Shown: positions 1 to 13,365, counted from the first letter of the whole stretch. The stretch: 63,130 nt of DNA, filler included, from Folioceros fuciformis (GCA_049999805.1; 9 parts of 9 records of this genome joined end to end with filler, not necessarily neighbours in it); one strand, 5' to 3'. Notes: generated from the letters alone by a model not told the origin. Numbers and translations are program-made.

Positions 1-50
1 CCACTCGCTTCGTCCGGCCTGCGACCGCTCGGGCCGAGGCGACCGCCCGC

Positions 51-80
51 AACGTGGGCTAGGCGTGCGCGGACGTGGCC
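51..80. promoter_or_regulatory. ACGT/ABRE-like elements upstream of LNK
   Basis: AACGTGGG at 51-58 and ACGTGGC at 73-79, in a GC-rich promoter about 650 bp upstream of the LNK ATG. Confidence 0.35.
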
Positions 81-593
81 CCCAGCTCGCGGACGTCCGC
101 GGCTACCACCGGTCGCCCGCTTCCGTGGCCCAGAGCGCCCGCCAATGTGCGCCACAGAAAGGACGTTGCAGCTGACCGGCTATGCCCGGTGCGCCAGGCC
201 CGGGCCACCCGGTCATGTGCCTCGGCACCGTGCAGGCTGCCTTCCTGCCCGCCGTCTCGCTGCGCATTGCGAGGCGCGACGGGCCAGGCGAGGCCAGGCG
301 ACTCCAACACACACACACGCACGCCCGCACGCTGTCTGCTTCCCTGCTCCGCTCTGCAGACTCTTGAAGATCGATCGAACGCCGGCGCCGCTGTTACTGA
401 TTTTTCGTGCATGGCACGGCAGGAATTCCCCGCCTTGCCGCGCCCACTCGTTTGGTACAGATTTCGGCTTGAAATTTGCTTGGATGCCGAACATCAGCAT
501 CGTCGGCGGCTTTGGAGGATTGCGGATCCCTGCGCTCACTGATCCGCTCTCCTTTCTTCTTGGCCCAGCCAGGGAATGGATCCCAGGGCCTGA

Positions 594-624
<31 letters not shown>

Positions 625-729
625 ACCGCTGCTGCTGCTCCCTCTCGCGAGCTTGGTTTCGCCGTGGCTTACCGTAGGACTGTGACCAAGGCTCCCGGAG
701 GAGCCTGTGGGAGTGCAGAGCAAGCTTAG

Positions 730-3700
730 ATGCAGGAGCTGGACCATGGGGTAACCGCGCGGGGCACCCGCGGGCTCGCAGGGGCAGGAATGGAGTGGCC
801 TTCACGCCTCGTCCCGGAAGCTTCGTTCTGCTGGTAGGAAGGTTAGGAGCTGGCCTTTAGGCGGCGCCAGCTCTCAGGTGTGAAGTATGTCATCGTGGGA
901 GTTCGAGGAAGCGGACAATGCACTGTCCAACTGGTCCTCCATCAGCCAGGTGACGGGAGTTTCGTCTCTGAAGCTTCCGTGCTATTCTTTTCCCTTGCTG
1001 GGTGCGTTTTTGTTCTGGTGTGGAAGGCTGTGACTGTGTGTGGACGGTGTGGTGAGAGTTTGGTGGACTGCGGTTGGCTGAATGTTGTTTGGTTGCTGCT
1101 TTGCCTTGGGAGCGCAGTTCGATGACATGGTGTGGGATGATTTCGGGGAGAGCGACGACCATATTGTGCCGGAAAGGAGTAGCCCCATGGAGAATGGGTG
1201 GGGGCACAACGTGGAGCGACGCAAGCGCCAGCACCGGGACCCCGGGTCCATGGGGTCGTCCAAAGGCATGGGCCAGGTGTCGCAGCAGCGGCACGGAGGA
1301 TCTCATGTGGCGGTTGGCAGAGGAGTGAAGGAAGAGAGCTCCTGCGCTTTGGAGGAGCAGATGGTGCAGCAGGGGCAGGGGCAGGGACAGGTGCAGGTGC
1401 AGGAGGAGGACAGGGAGGAATTGGAGTTTGAGGAGGGGAGCGTTGGGTTTGGGCACGAGGAGGGGAAGCTGGAGGGCGACGGGGCCGGGGCAGGAGAGTT
1501 GGAGGAGCCCGCTGGGGGGCTGCTCAGCGAGGACATACGCATGTACATGGACAACTCGGGCTTTCCCAGCGACGACGGCACCCTCATGGAGGCCACCTGC
1601 CCTTTCCCGCTACCAGATGTTGGATCAACAGAGGACATGGAGCTGTTTGTTAGCGCTGGTAGTGATGTCGATAAGGGAGGTAATTTGCTGGACTACAGCT
1701 GGGAAAATATTGACAACCTGGAAGATGTGGATAAGCTCTTTCGGTAAAGCCCTTCCTTGCCTCTGTATAGCTCTGAATTGATGCTATACGTGCTTCCTGG
1801 GGAGTAAATTTCGTGCTGGGCTTGTGTCCAGCCTTCGGGGCTGGACGAAATTGTATCCACCCTGCACACGACCTGGGTGTATGGTTAACCCAACCGTTTT
1901 TTTTGTTTCACCGCGTTCGCTTGTCTGGTGATGGTCTGCTTTGCCCATCCACCCACCTGGCTGATCTGAATGTTGCTTGCTCAGGAACAGTGATGCCTCC
2001 TTCGGGCAGACTTTGAACAATTCGGCAGAGGCGTTACCGTGGACTGTCTCACCTCCCAGGTTGCAGGGCAGTAATGGGACTGCCACCCCTGCTGGAGTGT
2101 CTGAGACAGCTCCTTCTGGGCTGGACTTCGCTGCGGTGAAGAGTGAGTTGGGGGCTTATGACGTCGAGACGGATTTTGTTTCGTGTGACGACAGTCTGAT
2201 GCTGTCCACGTTGGAGAAGCAGGATGAGGGGTTGAAGGAGTCTGAGTTTGTTTCAGCACCCAGCTTGAGTAGCCAGATGCAGCACTCTGCTGTCGAACAG
2301 AGCTCAGAGCAGTCTCAGCCGACTGCAGCACTGGTCGCCGAAGAGAGGGACGCGAGGGTACAGGCCTAACAAATGATGGAGTATTCTGTCTATGTTCGAC
2401 TTTGTTTGCCGTGATTTTCTGACAGACTCTTTCCTTATTTTTTCTGGAACTCCTAGGTGCCTGAAAGTAGCGGGCTCACAGTGGAGCCTAGCAACGCTGC
2501 CGTGTCGAAAGTGGAGGAGAACAATGAAGGAGAAGCAGGGCCTTCGACAGTGAGTGGCTCCGATGCTGACAAGGCAGGCTTAGCTCAGGTGCGTTTCTCC
2601 GTCGTTCAGGGGGTCGGGAAGCTGTTGAACCGCCGTGAAACACCTGGCAGTTTCTAAGGTTCGGGTCGGCGTCGTGTGACAGGCACACAGGGCTCGGCGG
2701 CATGCAGCCAATCGGAAAAGGAATGAGGAGAGGTTGAGGAGGCAATTTCCTCCCAGGAAGCTCGCTCAGAGCCCTGTGTATCCGGTTCCCCACCTGACAG
2801 ACGCATCTGGACAGAAGGGTCTGCAGGTCCGCCTGCCTGCTCAAGTTTCTCACTTGCCGCCAGGCGCGCTGCATGGGTACCCTCCTGCTCCGCCTCCATC
2901 CCCTTCTATGATGATAGTTGATCCTCATATGCAGTCATCGCCGAGGGGAGTTTCGTACATCCATCCAGCCTATGGGCCGCCTTTCCATCATGTGCCTCTT
3001 TTGGTGAACACGTCGTCTTCAACGCCTCCTCCCATCCATCCCTCGCAACAGACATACGTGGGATACCAGCAACTCAGTCCACATGGTCAGAAGGCGCCTC
3101 TCGATCAGCCACAGTTCGGTCAACAGAAGCAGCTTAGGCAGCAGCTGGAAGTCCCACTACGACCCCCTCCAGCTAGCAGCCCAACAATGACTCCGCAGGA
3201 GAAGCTGGAAAAGCTGAGGTGGCGGCAGCAGATTCAGGCTCGGTTAGCTGTGCAGCAGCAGCAGCAACTTGTTGCTCAGCAGATTGGGCTGGAACAACTG
3301 CGGAAACAGCAGCAACCCCAGCAACCTCAGCAGCAGCAACCCCAGCAGCAGTCAGTATCTCTATCGCAGCCACTTGCTGACAATCAGGAAGTAGTCACTG
3401 GTGGTAGACCAAGCAATGGTTCCGAAGCAGAACAGGACACAGTGGGCGTCAGTCATGATTCTGCTCAAGACACTTCGATGGATGGGGAGGAGGATGACTC
3501 ATTGGAGGCAGTCGTGCTTAGAGAGCTGGAGCGAACTATGCAAAGGGTATTTGTCTCTCTCCTATACTGTGGCTTTTTGCAGTGAATTTAAATAAAGCTT
3601 CTACTTGTCATCCTTGGTGCTTACAGCCCTTCTGTGTTCGCAGTTGGACATCAACACTAGAGTCTGCATCCGTGATGCTCTATATAGGCTGGCCATGAGT

Positions 3701-4110
3701 GCTATGCAAAGACGGTCGGCTGGTGACAGTGGTAGTAGTAGTGCAAGTAGTGATGGGCTGGATAGTGTGCCAGGTGGGGTAGAATCGTCATCCGGCAGCA
3801 ACCTGCCTTCTTCAGCCAGGACGTCCAGGTATCGGATGTACACAACGTCGTCTAGATCCTTCATGTCGTTAACAACGCTGCGCAGTTGTCCTTTGGTTTC
3901 GATGCCATTGAACCTTTGCATTCTTTCTGCAGGGTTGGGAGTCTGAACTTGGTGGAGACTGAAACAAATCCCATTGATCGATCAATTGCAAACTTGCTTT
4001 TCCATAAGCGAGTGCTCCATCCAGCTCCGTACTACGTACCTGTACCTCCTGGTGGTGGTCCTTATGCTCTTCCTCCTCCGCAGCCCCCAGGCGGAAATGC
4101 AAGCCCGTAG
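730..4110 (+). CDS. LNK: LNK-family (NIGHT LIGHT-INDUCIBLE AND CLOCK-REGULATED) transcriptional co-activator, about 7 exons
   Basis: Motifs FDDMVWDDFGESDDHIVP, DYSWENIDNLEDVDKLFR, MTPQEKLEKLRWRQQ, LDINTRVCIRDALYRLAMSAMQRR and ETETNPIDRSIANLLFH. GT-AG exons approx. 730-750 (MQELDHG), 1118-1743, 1985-2357, 2457-2588, 2683-3546, 3643-3828, ~3933-4110. Confidence 0.92.
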
Positions 4111-5875
4111 GATTTGCTGCGGCCTCCAGCCTTAGCTCCTGCTTAGGATGGTTGGTACTAACCTCTCTCCAGGTGAGGCCTAGCATAACATCCAGGTTTG
4201 AGCTTCAGGTGCCACTGATCTGTCATGACTGCCAGATTCAACACTAAAGGGGTTGAAGTTGGTCATTACAACATCTCTGGTCCTGAAGACAGGCAGAGTG
4301 ACCACCTGACAGGCGGATTCAACCTGGATTTGGTTATGCAGGTGATTGTCATTAACGGAAGGGCAGGCTGGTCGGACAACATGGTCTGGTTTTGTCAGAT
4401 TTTAGGGAATGCTCTACCTGCAAAGAGCCAACTCCGGCCAGTCCTGTCTCTGGAGCAGAACTGGGGCAGTTCTGCACTATTGGCCACAACTGATGGCAAT
4501 CCATTAGGGTGTATTGAGGAGTTTTGTCGAGGTTACTAACTGGAGGACTGGAAACTGACAAGAGACTGGAGGAGGACACGGATAGGGGATGGCCCTGTGG
4601 CGTGGAACACTGGGATATGATCTCTCACTGTACTAGTTGTGTAGCAGGACCAGAGGAAGCAAGACGAGGCCATTCCCAGTCATCATGTGCATTATCTGCT
4701 ATCGGGAATTGTAGACTCATCCCCCATTTCGTCAGGGTAACTTTCATGGCTTGAAAGAGCTTATTTGCAATCCAACCTTCCCATCCATCGTGCTGATCTC
4801 CTGGTCTTTCTCTGTGCAGGTGTGCCTTGAAATACGTTTGTGAGTTGTCTTTCCGGTATCTTGGCCTGCTCGGCCACCCATGCTTGTAGGTCATGTCTGT
4901 GGTGCCACAAGCAGCTTTGTATTCTAGACATGGTGACCTGTACAGTGTGCTCGACAGCCTGTGGAGAGAAGCGGGCCAGTTGGGCTCTTGGCTTGGATAC
5001 ATCCCAATCCGGCTGCTGTGTCGGATCTCTTTTTTCGTGTGGCTGGCTGCCTACCAGCTGATCACTGAACTGTACCATTACTGTACACTGATGCAGGTGG
5101 CGAACCACACTAACAGCGGCTGCTGTAGGGTAGCTTCTTACGTGAGATTTATGATGTTGTATCAATAGTTCGAACACTGCTTTGACTACTATTCTTTTTC
5201 AGGTTCAATAAACTGAGACGTTATACGACTTCTGTCACCTCCCTGTGATTGCCATCCCTCCCTCCCGATATCAATGGTCGGAGATTTAACTTGGGTTTTT
5301 CTGGAGTTGGTTCTGACAATTATGAACCCACAGCTTGTCTCAGTTGCCTTGTCGCCTGCCCTCCGTCCTCCGACACACTGTCAGGAAGCTCTGTCTCTCC
5401 CGTACAGTCCACTGACACTCCCTGCGGGATCCCACCACCGTGGTCTTTTCAGTTCCCGACTTTTCTATTCGTTTGACAATTTGCGCTATTCTAGCCTTGG
5501 CTCTTGCCATCCTGCATCGAAGCTTGGAAGGCACACCATCCCGTCGGCCACGAGATATTTCCGCTGGAGGAGGTCGAAACACGAAGTGTCAGTAATGCTG
5601 CTGCGGCAAACCTCAAGACCGAATCGGACTGTCTGGTAGTGACATATGTGGATCCTCGAGTTTTGCTAGGGTTTATGCTCGGATGAACGTGTAAAGCTTG
5701 GACCTGGTTGGCTGGAGAGGAATTGGTTCTCGAAATCGGATCTTTGGGGCAACGACGGATGGCAAGAGAACGGCGGAAGGAGAATTCTGTCCAGCTGAGA
5801 TTGGCTGGCAGGTGATCTGTTTTGGATCTCCCGTTTAATCTGTGGAAAAAGATTGGGACAGGGTCAAGGGGGAGA

Positions 5876-8800
5876 ATGGCCTGTCCTGCATCGGTGAGGG
5901 TGGCAGCAGCCTCGCTAGTGATCTTGGTGATTTTACCAGCGTGCACTTCTTTGCGAGCTCCCACCCTCTCGCACAGTATGGCGGGTCCGGGGGCGCAACT
6001 GGTCCGCAGTGAGAGTGGATTGGCCACTCTGTTCCCTCTCCAATTGACGCACCAGAATTTATCTGCAATACACCGGCTTCGGCTACGGCATGGGCGCGAA
6101 CTCATCGGCGCTGATGCTCAGATGAAGCTGTTCGATGATCTCTTGAACAAAGGGTGAATGTCCTCTCACTTTGTCCGTCCAGCCCTGACATGCATGGATT
6201 TGCACGAACTTGGAACTAGCTTTATGCCTACGGGCCAAAGCAGGTCTGATTGGAGTAAGGCATCTGTTTTACTCCTGCAATACGATCCAGAAGCTTTGCA
6301 TAATGGTCCTAGGTCATAGCTGTGTTTCAAATAACCATCGTGGCTTTCATGTAGCGTAGGTTGTCTGCTGCTCTTTCTTCCAGGGGGTAGCGTGGTGATC
6401 GGCAAGCGGCTGCATGTTGCAGGTACTATACCGGTGAGCTCTTTATAGGGACGCCCCCCCAAAAGTTTGCCCTCATCGTTGACACGGGCAGTACAGTAAC
6501 ATATGTTCCTTGTTCAACATGCAAACACTGTGGCTCTCATCAGGTTTGCGATTTGGTGGTGCAATGTGAATTGAGGGATTCACCCGTGCTTTCAGAGTGG
6601 ATTTACAAGCTGTGAAAGTGCACGGTTCTGTGCCTTTGACACACTCGTGTCTTGGCAGGATGCAAGCTTTGATCCTAGTCACTCAAGCTCGTACAACCCC
6701 ATTCCGTGTGGTGACCAGTGCACACGCAAATACATGGGACAACATTGTGACAATGGTCAGTGCAAGTATGAAAGGCTGTATGCAGAGATGAGCAGTAGCA
6801 GCGGAGTTCTTGGATCGGATTTGGTAGGGTTTGGTGACCAAAGTGATCTTCCACCTCAGAGCCTAGTCTTCGGCTGTGAGAACGATGAGCAAGGAGATTT
6901 GTTCAAGCAGAAGGCAGATGGTATCATGGGCCTCGGCAGAGGTCCTCTCAGTATTGTGGACCAACTTGTTGATCAGGGTGCCATTAGCAATAGCTTCTCT
7001 CTCTGCTATGGAGGAATGTTGGAATCTGGGGGCGCCATGGTGCTGGGTGCGATGACCCCACCTCCTGAAATGATTTTTGTGACGTCTGATGCTGAACGCA
7101 GGTACAGACCAAACGAACATGAAGTTGAGCGCTCCAAATTATGAAGTATTTGCAGTTCTCCTGAAAATGTACACGTCGCTAAGTTTGCATCAATATGTAT
7201 AATGCAGCACGTACTACAATCTCCCACTAGAGGGCATCCGGGTTGGAGGTCAGCTTCTGCCTTTAAATCCAAGTATATTCAACGGCAGGCATGGCACTGT
7301 CCTGGATAGCGGAACTACGTACTGCTACCTTCCAGGCACCGCGTTCGATGCCTTTGTTCAAGGAGTAAGTCCGGGTGCTTTAATTACTTCAGCTTGACAG
7401 AAATGACTGCTGGCTCCTGGGAATAAGGGATTTGTCTCTGATGACAAATGTGCTCTATCCCTGGCAGGTGACACAACGGCTAGATCCTGCACTGAAACGT
7501 GTTGATGGACCAGATCCTAATGATTTCCCAGATATATGCTTTGCAGATGCTGGAGTGTAAGTTTCTTCGTACTCCTACCTGGATTGAGGAACATGTATCT
7601 TTTTCACCTGGGCATTCCATGCATGGGTGTTCGTAGAAATCCAGGAATTGAACTTGGAGTTCTGTTTGACAGAGATCCATCAAAGCTCTCAGACTACTTT
7701 CCAACAGTAGAGCTTGTTTTTAATGGCAACAGTGTAGTCTCACTTGCACCTGAGAATTATCTTTTCAGGGTATGCCATTGAACTCTTCTTGGATTGTGGG
7801 TTTCTGAAGCAAATTGCCATGGACACGGATATCTGATGTTGATTTGTCTTGGTGCAGCATATAACTCATCGAGGAGCGTATTGTCTCGGTTTTTTCAAGA
7901 ATGACAAAGACCCAACCACTCTCATTGGAGGTAATACATAAATTCTTGGAGAGGCTTTCTTTGTTGTATGAACCGGGAGTGGTCCTTCATTCAGTACTGA
8001 TTGGCCACTCTCAATTAGACAAAAGAGGGAGCTCCTACAGGGTTCCTTTCTTAGAGTGCAGAAAAGTCAGCACGTTTGGGTGTATTCAAGGCAAAATGCA
8101 TTGGCACGAGTCTTACAGGGTCCTGCACGCAGGAATTGTGGTGCGCAATATGCTGGTGATGTATGACAGAGGAAATAAGCGAATAGGATTCTGGCGTACG
8201 AAATGCACTGATTTGTCCTCTCAGCTCACAGCTGCCATGGCACCGCCAGCAACGTCACCGCCGATTGATGCAGGTGTGTCTCCTGGTATACCGTCTCAAG
8301 TCATTCCACCTGTGTTAGCTCCATCGCCACCTCAAGTAGGTGTGTACGCCGCTCAACTCGATCTGTCGTGAGTAGACGCTTAGTTTAGCAAGGACTTGCT
8401 GTCTTAATGATCACGGTAAATGAGGCAAGTGCGGTAGATTCAAGTTGAACCGGATTTATTGCAGGTCCAGCACTTGACAACAGTACGAACGAGTCTTCTG
8501 ACACGGACTTTCCAAGTGCTATCGCAAGTCTGGACATGGATCTCTCGCTCAAGATTAGTTCTTCAGATTTTGCTGCTCTTGAATCAGCGTTTGTTGAGGA
8601 TATGTCCCGTGAACTTGAGCTTTTGGCTAGCCAGGTAATTCCATTGGAATCTGCGGTAGTAAGTCTTGCTTTCAAGCTTTGGGTAGATTGTGCGGAGCAC
8701 GCTGACTTCGTTATTTGTGTCAGGTTGAAGTGTTGGATACTTATGATGACGGGAATCATGTGAATGTACATTGGGCAATTGTTCCTGAGCCATCAAGTAG

Positions 8801-9301
8801 TTATCTTTCAACAAGCAGTGCTGAGGTTTGGATGGAAATGCAGACGTTCCATTCCGCACTTGGGCTGTTTACTTTGCCTTTAAAGCACTTTGGAGGGTTG
8901 GCCTGATACTTTGCCTGTCACATGGGATGCTCAGACTATCGTTTCTGAACTTGTGAGCCATCGTGTGGTGTTAAGAAATGAGATTGGCGTGTATCAACTG
9001 ACAAGCTGGAAGCTGCAACCGTTGGGTGCTAGGTAGGCAATGGCCTTTCAGCTGTCTGTTGCATGCATGTAGACTTTGGGCTATGATGTTAAACTCGGGC
9101 ACGTTGCTCTGTTGTAGCGGCAAAACATGGGCGCCGAAGGACCATACGACGACCTTGATTGCAGTAGTGGCGTCTCTGGTGCTGGTGACGGTTTCAATTG
9201 TAGGAGTTGCTTGCCTTTACTACCGGTTGAAGAACAGGAATACGGCACAGTATGTATCTATTGACGAAGTGGATGAGAAGGGAGAGCTGGAACCGTTATA
9301 A
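5876..9301 (+). CDS. A1-family (pepsin-like) aspartic protease with signal peptide and C-terminal transmembrane anchor, about 13 exons
   Basis: Signal peptide MACPASVRVAAASLVILVILPA. Catalytic motifs FIGTPPQKFALIVDTGSTVTYVPC and GTVLDSGTTY. Also FGCENDEQGDLFKQKADGIMGLGRG, GIVVRNMLVMYDRGNKRIGFWRTKC, and the terminal TM helix LIAVVASLVLVTVSIVGVACLYY. Introns are GT-AG. Confidence 0.93.
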
Positions 9302-11428
9302 GCCTTGGCGACTGTCATCATTTTTATGCACCTGAAAGGACTTGGTCTCTAGAGGTAGGTAATGATCCTCCCTTGCCGGTCGTATGATAACTGTACCGCC
9401 GCTGCAACCGCCAACGTTGCTTTACATGTGTGTGGCAGGGGTTTTTTCATTTTAGCTGGATGTATGGACCTGAAGCTTGCCGATCTTCTCGCCAGCAAGG
9501 TTGCAATTTTGCGGTTGCTATAACCGGATTGGTCCCTGTGTCAGTGTGTCCCCCATGTATTTACCAGCACCGTTCACCACACTGGATGGTACCGAGGGTG
9601 CGAAAGCGTTTTGGATACGTAGGGGTTATGTCGAATAGTTTGGTCAGTATTGACCATCGTGTCGTCGGACTCCTGCGTGAGCGGTTGCCACATGTAGCTC
9701 TCGTCAGTCTACCTAGTATTTATTTCTGTGGTGAAATATGATGAGTTATCTGAGATGTTTGCTGCAGACAGCCTGATACTAGGGCCACACACAGCTTTCT
9801 TTTCCGATTTTGGTGTTTCTGTGCCGTTGAAGGCAAATGGATGGCGTCTGTCACTTATCAAGGTGACAAGGAGAGGCATCCAGACATTCTGACGGATTTT
9901 GTGTGAATGATATCCTAGCCAGGAGCATCCGTTGGGATTGGCCGGAAAGCGAGGAACTGGAGGTGTCAGAGATATTTCATGCGGCAGTCTGAGCTGCAAT
10001 ACTGCCTGCTTGAGTCCGGTCCACGACTCCGACTCACACCCGTTTGAAAGAAAGTTATATTATACTGTACGTTTATGAGGCATTATGTGAGTCGAAGCAT
10101 CCCAACCTCTCTCTCCTCTCTCTGATGCGCTGCCTGCTGCCCTTTCCACTGCCGTTTCGTGTACCCTTTTTTGTTGGACACTGTTGACGATTCCTGATCT
10201 ATTCGTGGACAGCAGCAGCGGCGTGAAGGAGATTGTGCTCCATATATGTATGTATAGAATGAGGGACGGCAGGGTCCAGGTGCAACCGCAATCGTCCACC
10301 CAGTCCCTCCCTCCCTCAACGTGAAAAGAGTGGTTTGTCTGCACGTGTCGGGGTTTGGGTGAAGGCAGCTTGGGAGGTGGGCAGGGGCAGGAAGGGCGCG
10401 GCGCACACTTGTCCATGCTGTCTGTGGGTTCAAGTTGCACCGGAAGTGGCTGAACTTTCCGCAGCCTGGAGCGGACCGCCGCGCCTGGCACCAGGCGTAG
10501 GCAAGCATCATGTGGTGCAGCATGTCCAAGCCCCCTTTTGCGTGGGGCACCGTCATCGCCCTGCAACCTCCATGCCCATGGCCACTCGTGCCCACTACCG
10601 GGCTAAGGGCTATGCTTCTCCCGAGACTGATAAACTAAACGGCAGATGGCAGGAGATCAAATCCGAGCACCCAACTGGCGCCTCCTCTTACATTTTCCAA
10701 GGACATCACAGGTAGGCATTCCAGGCATTTACCAGGTATTTTCGCGTACAGTACATACGTTGTATGTACAGAACAAGTTCCTTGCCCTTGCCCTTTGAGC
10801 CTTTGCCCCCTTGCCTTGTGGCCCTTGCCTGTCGCCCTCGTCCTGCCTTGTGTGCTGGTTGCGTTCCGTTTCATCCACAAGAAAGCACGTGGTGCGTATA
10901 TCAGCCAAGGCGGTGTGTGGTTCCTGATCCACCACCACCTTGAAGGCCAGAGCCGCGGGGCTTGTTCCTGTCTGCTGATGAACGCGCATCTTCCCCTTGC
11001 CCTTCCCCTTCCTTGCAACCTTGGCCCAACTAGGCCCTAACCCTCCTTCCTTCTCCCTGGATTGTCCACCCAGCAGGTAATAAGCGCTGCGATAAGCGAG
11101 AATTTGTAGCATTTGGTCACGTGAAGGGGATGCGGCTGCTGACGAGCACTTGCAGTCCTGACCGTGCATCTCTTTGTGCTGACACATGCCGTATGCCGCA
11201 GCCCTGTCCGAAGCTAGAGACGTGGCGCAAGTTGCGCTGAAGTGGGCGATCCTCAGCCGCGCGCGCTGCCACGTCCCGAGCTAGTATGTGGAATTCCGCA
11301 TTCGGCCAGCCACTCCCTTCTGCGCTTTCGATCTGCTGTCACCGCCATCTTTCCACGACCGCGCACTCGCCCCCCTGATCGCCTATTCCCCCTCATTCAT
11401 TCAGATTTGCTTTAACACTCAGTGGGGC

Positions 11429-11528
11429 NNNNNNNNNNNNNNNNNNNNNNNNNNNNNNNNNNNNNNNNNNNNTTAATTAATTAANNNNNNNNNNNNNNNN
11501 NNNNNNNNNNNNNNNNNNNNNNNNNNNN
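11429..11528. other. Artificial contig spacer (N44-TTAATTAATTAA-N44)
   Basis: Identical 100-bp linker with stops in all six frames; occurs 8 times in the window. Confidence 0.98.
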
Positions 11529-13365
11529 ACGGTCCCTTGGGTGTGTGGGCCCATAACCTGTTGAGATGTCACCCCGGCCATGCTCAAAAGAGGTTAAAAC
11601 AAGTTAGTTGAAGCAAGATGCAGAATCCCAAAAATAAGAGCACTATAACAAGGCTCTTAAACTCAAATAAAAGGAGAATTACAAAAAAAACAACACAATA
11701 TAAGTGAAGAGGGAGTTAGACTACGAATACTAGGTGGGTTCATCCCTTCTTTTATGGACCTATGGGTGGCACTCTCATTTCGTGCCCAATATGGGATAAA
11801 TGACCCCAAACCCTACAATACCTTTTTGCCTAACATAACAAAGTCTAATAAGCTATATATATATTAATCATAACCTTAATCACTCTTACCACTAATTAGT
11901 ACAAACTCAATAAGCTGGATTAGCACTAATTAATCTCAACATTAATCATGCTTAACAGAGGGGCCTCGTTCGGCAAGGAGTACCCTAGCGAGAAAGTAGG
12001 TTTGAGAGTGTGTGCGGGAGCAGTGTGAGGTGGGTGTGGAGTGGGCAGCAGAAAGGGGAGGGGAAGAAAGGAGAGAAGTGTCGCAAGAAATCAGAGAGTG
12101 GGGATGATATGAAACACAAAGGGAAGCGGGGTTTCTACTAGGGATCATCGTAAACAGGTAGCTGGGGCCCATTCCTTGAATGTGGTGCAACAACATTCAC
12201 AGTTTATTGAGCATTCATTTGCATAATGTTCTAGGTTTCCACATGAAAAACAAACTCCTTTTTGAGAACCCATTGTTAGTGTTCTTTGAGCTCCACGCCC
12301 TTTGCGTTCTCCTCAATTTCTTCCATAGAAATTCCCTTTGGAGTTGGGTCTTGCAATTGTACTTCTGTCGATGTCCTTGGTAGCTCCTCTACCAACACTA
12401 CTAAAGAAACTATAGTATGCATATACCATCCACGGGTATTGCCTCAAAATCTTCTTAACAAGTTGGATGTGGTTGAATGAAAGGTATCTAGGGTAGCATC
12501 TGCTAATCTCAACCAAAGTCATTGAACTATACAACTTAATTCTTTAGCAGCCCAATCATTTAAACCAACCATGAATTGCTGAAGTTTGTCAACTTCACTC
12601 ATTGAAGTACAATGAATGATAGCTTCACTAAGGACATTTACATATTCCCATATAGTACTTATTGTTTTATATTATCAATTTACATATTCCCATATAATAC
12701 TTGTTTGTTTTATATTATCAAGTAGCTGCTAGCTCAAACGCAAAGCATTTGCAGGTTGGTACTTCTTTAGGGCTTCTTTAAAAGATGCCCAATATGTGAG
12801 GGTATGTGCTCGATTACCTTGGGCTACATTAACACAAGAACTTTGCTACCACACCAAAGTGTACCCCTTTGGAAAGTTGCCAACAATACCCAAGTAGTGC
12901 TCAGACTTAAGGCTACATGAGGCAAGATAACTTTCAATAGAATAGATCAAGGAATCAATAGCTTGAAGATCCATTTCTCCCTCATACTTATTTGGTACGA
13001 CCAACTTCAGTTTTGCTTTTAAAATTGCTTCAAAGATATGAGAACCTTCTTCGAAGCACCTTGACTGTCTTATGCATTTCAATATTTGAAGCCATGGGCT
13101 CTGGATTCTTTCTTGCCTTTTTCCCATATGCTGTCAAATCTTGCAAGACTTTCAGGTATTTGTTTTCCCATATGCTATCAAATCTTGCAGGACTTTCATG
13201 TAATACTTTGGGAAGAATTTGTTGTAAGGCAAACATTATTTGTGTCTTCCAATCTTCATACTTTTCTCCAAATAGTCCTACCGAATCGCCAGGCAACATC
13301 GTGGGGACCAGCGGAAACCTCCTCCCGTATGTGTCGCTTGCTGCTCTTGCATCCTCCGATCCCAA
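11529..13365 (-). mobile_element. Degenerate Ty3/Gypsy-type retrotransposon remnant (gag region plus AT-rich flank)
   Basis: Minus-strand fragments KLKLVVPNKYEGEMDLQAIDSLIYSIESYL and further retrotransposon-gag-like pieces broken by stops and frameshifts. Composition shifts to AT-rich. There is a ~42-bp tandem duplication at ~12637-12721. Confidence 0.6.

Noticed and set aside
11473-11484. Recurrent TTAATTAATTAA palindrome as a biological repeat or CRISPR-like element
   Set aside because: Always centred in exactly 44+44 Ns; it is an assembly linker.
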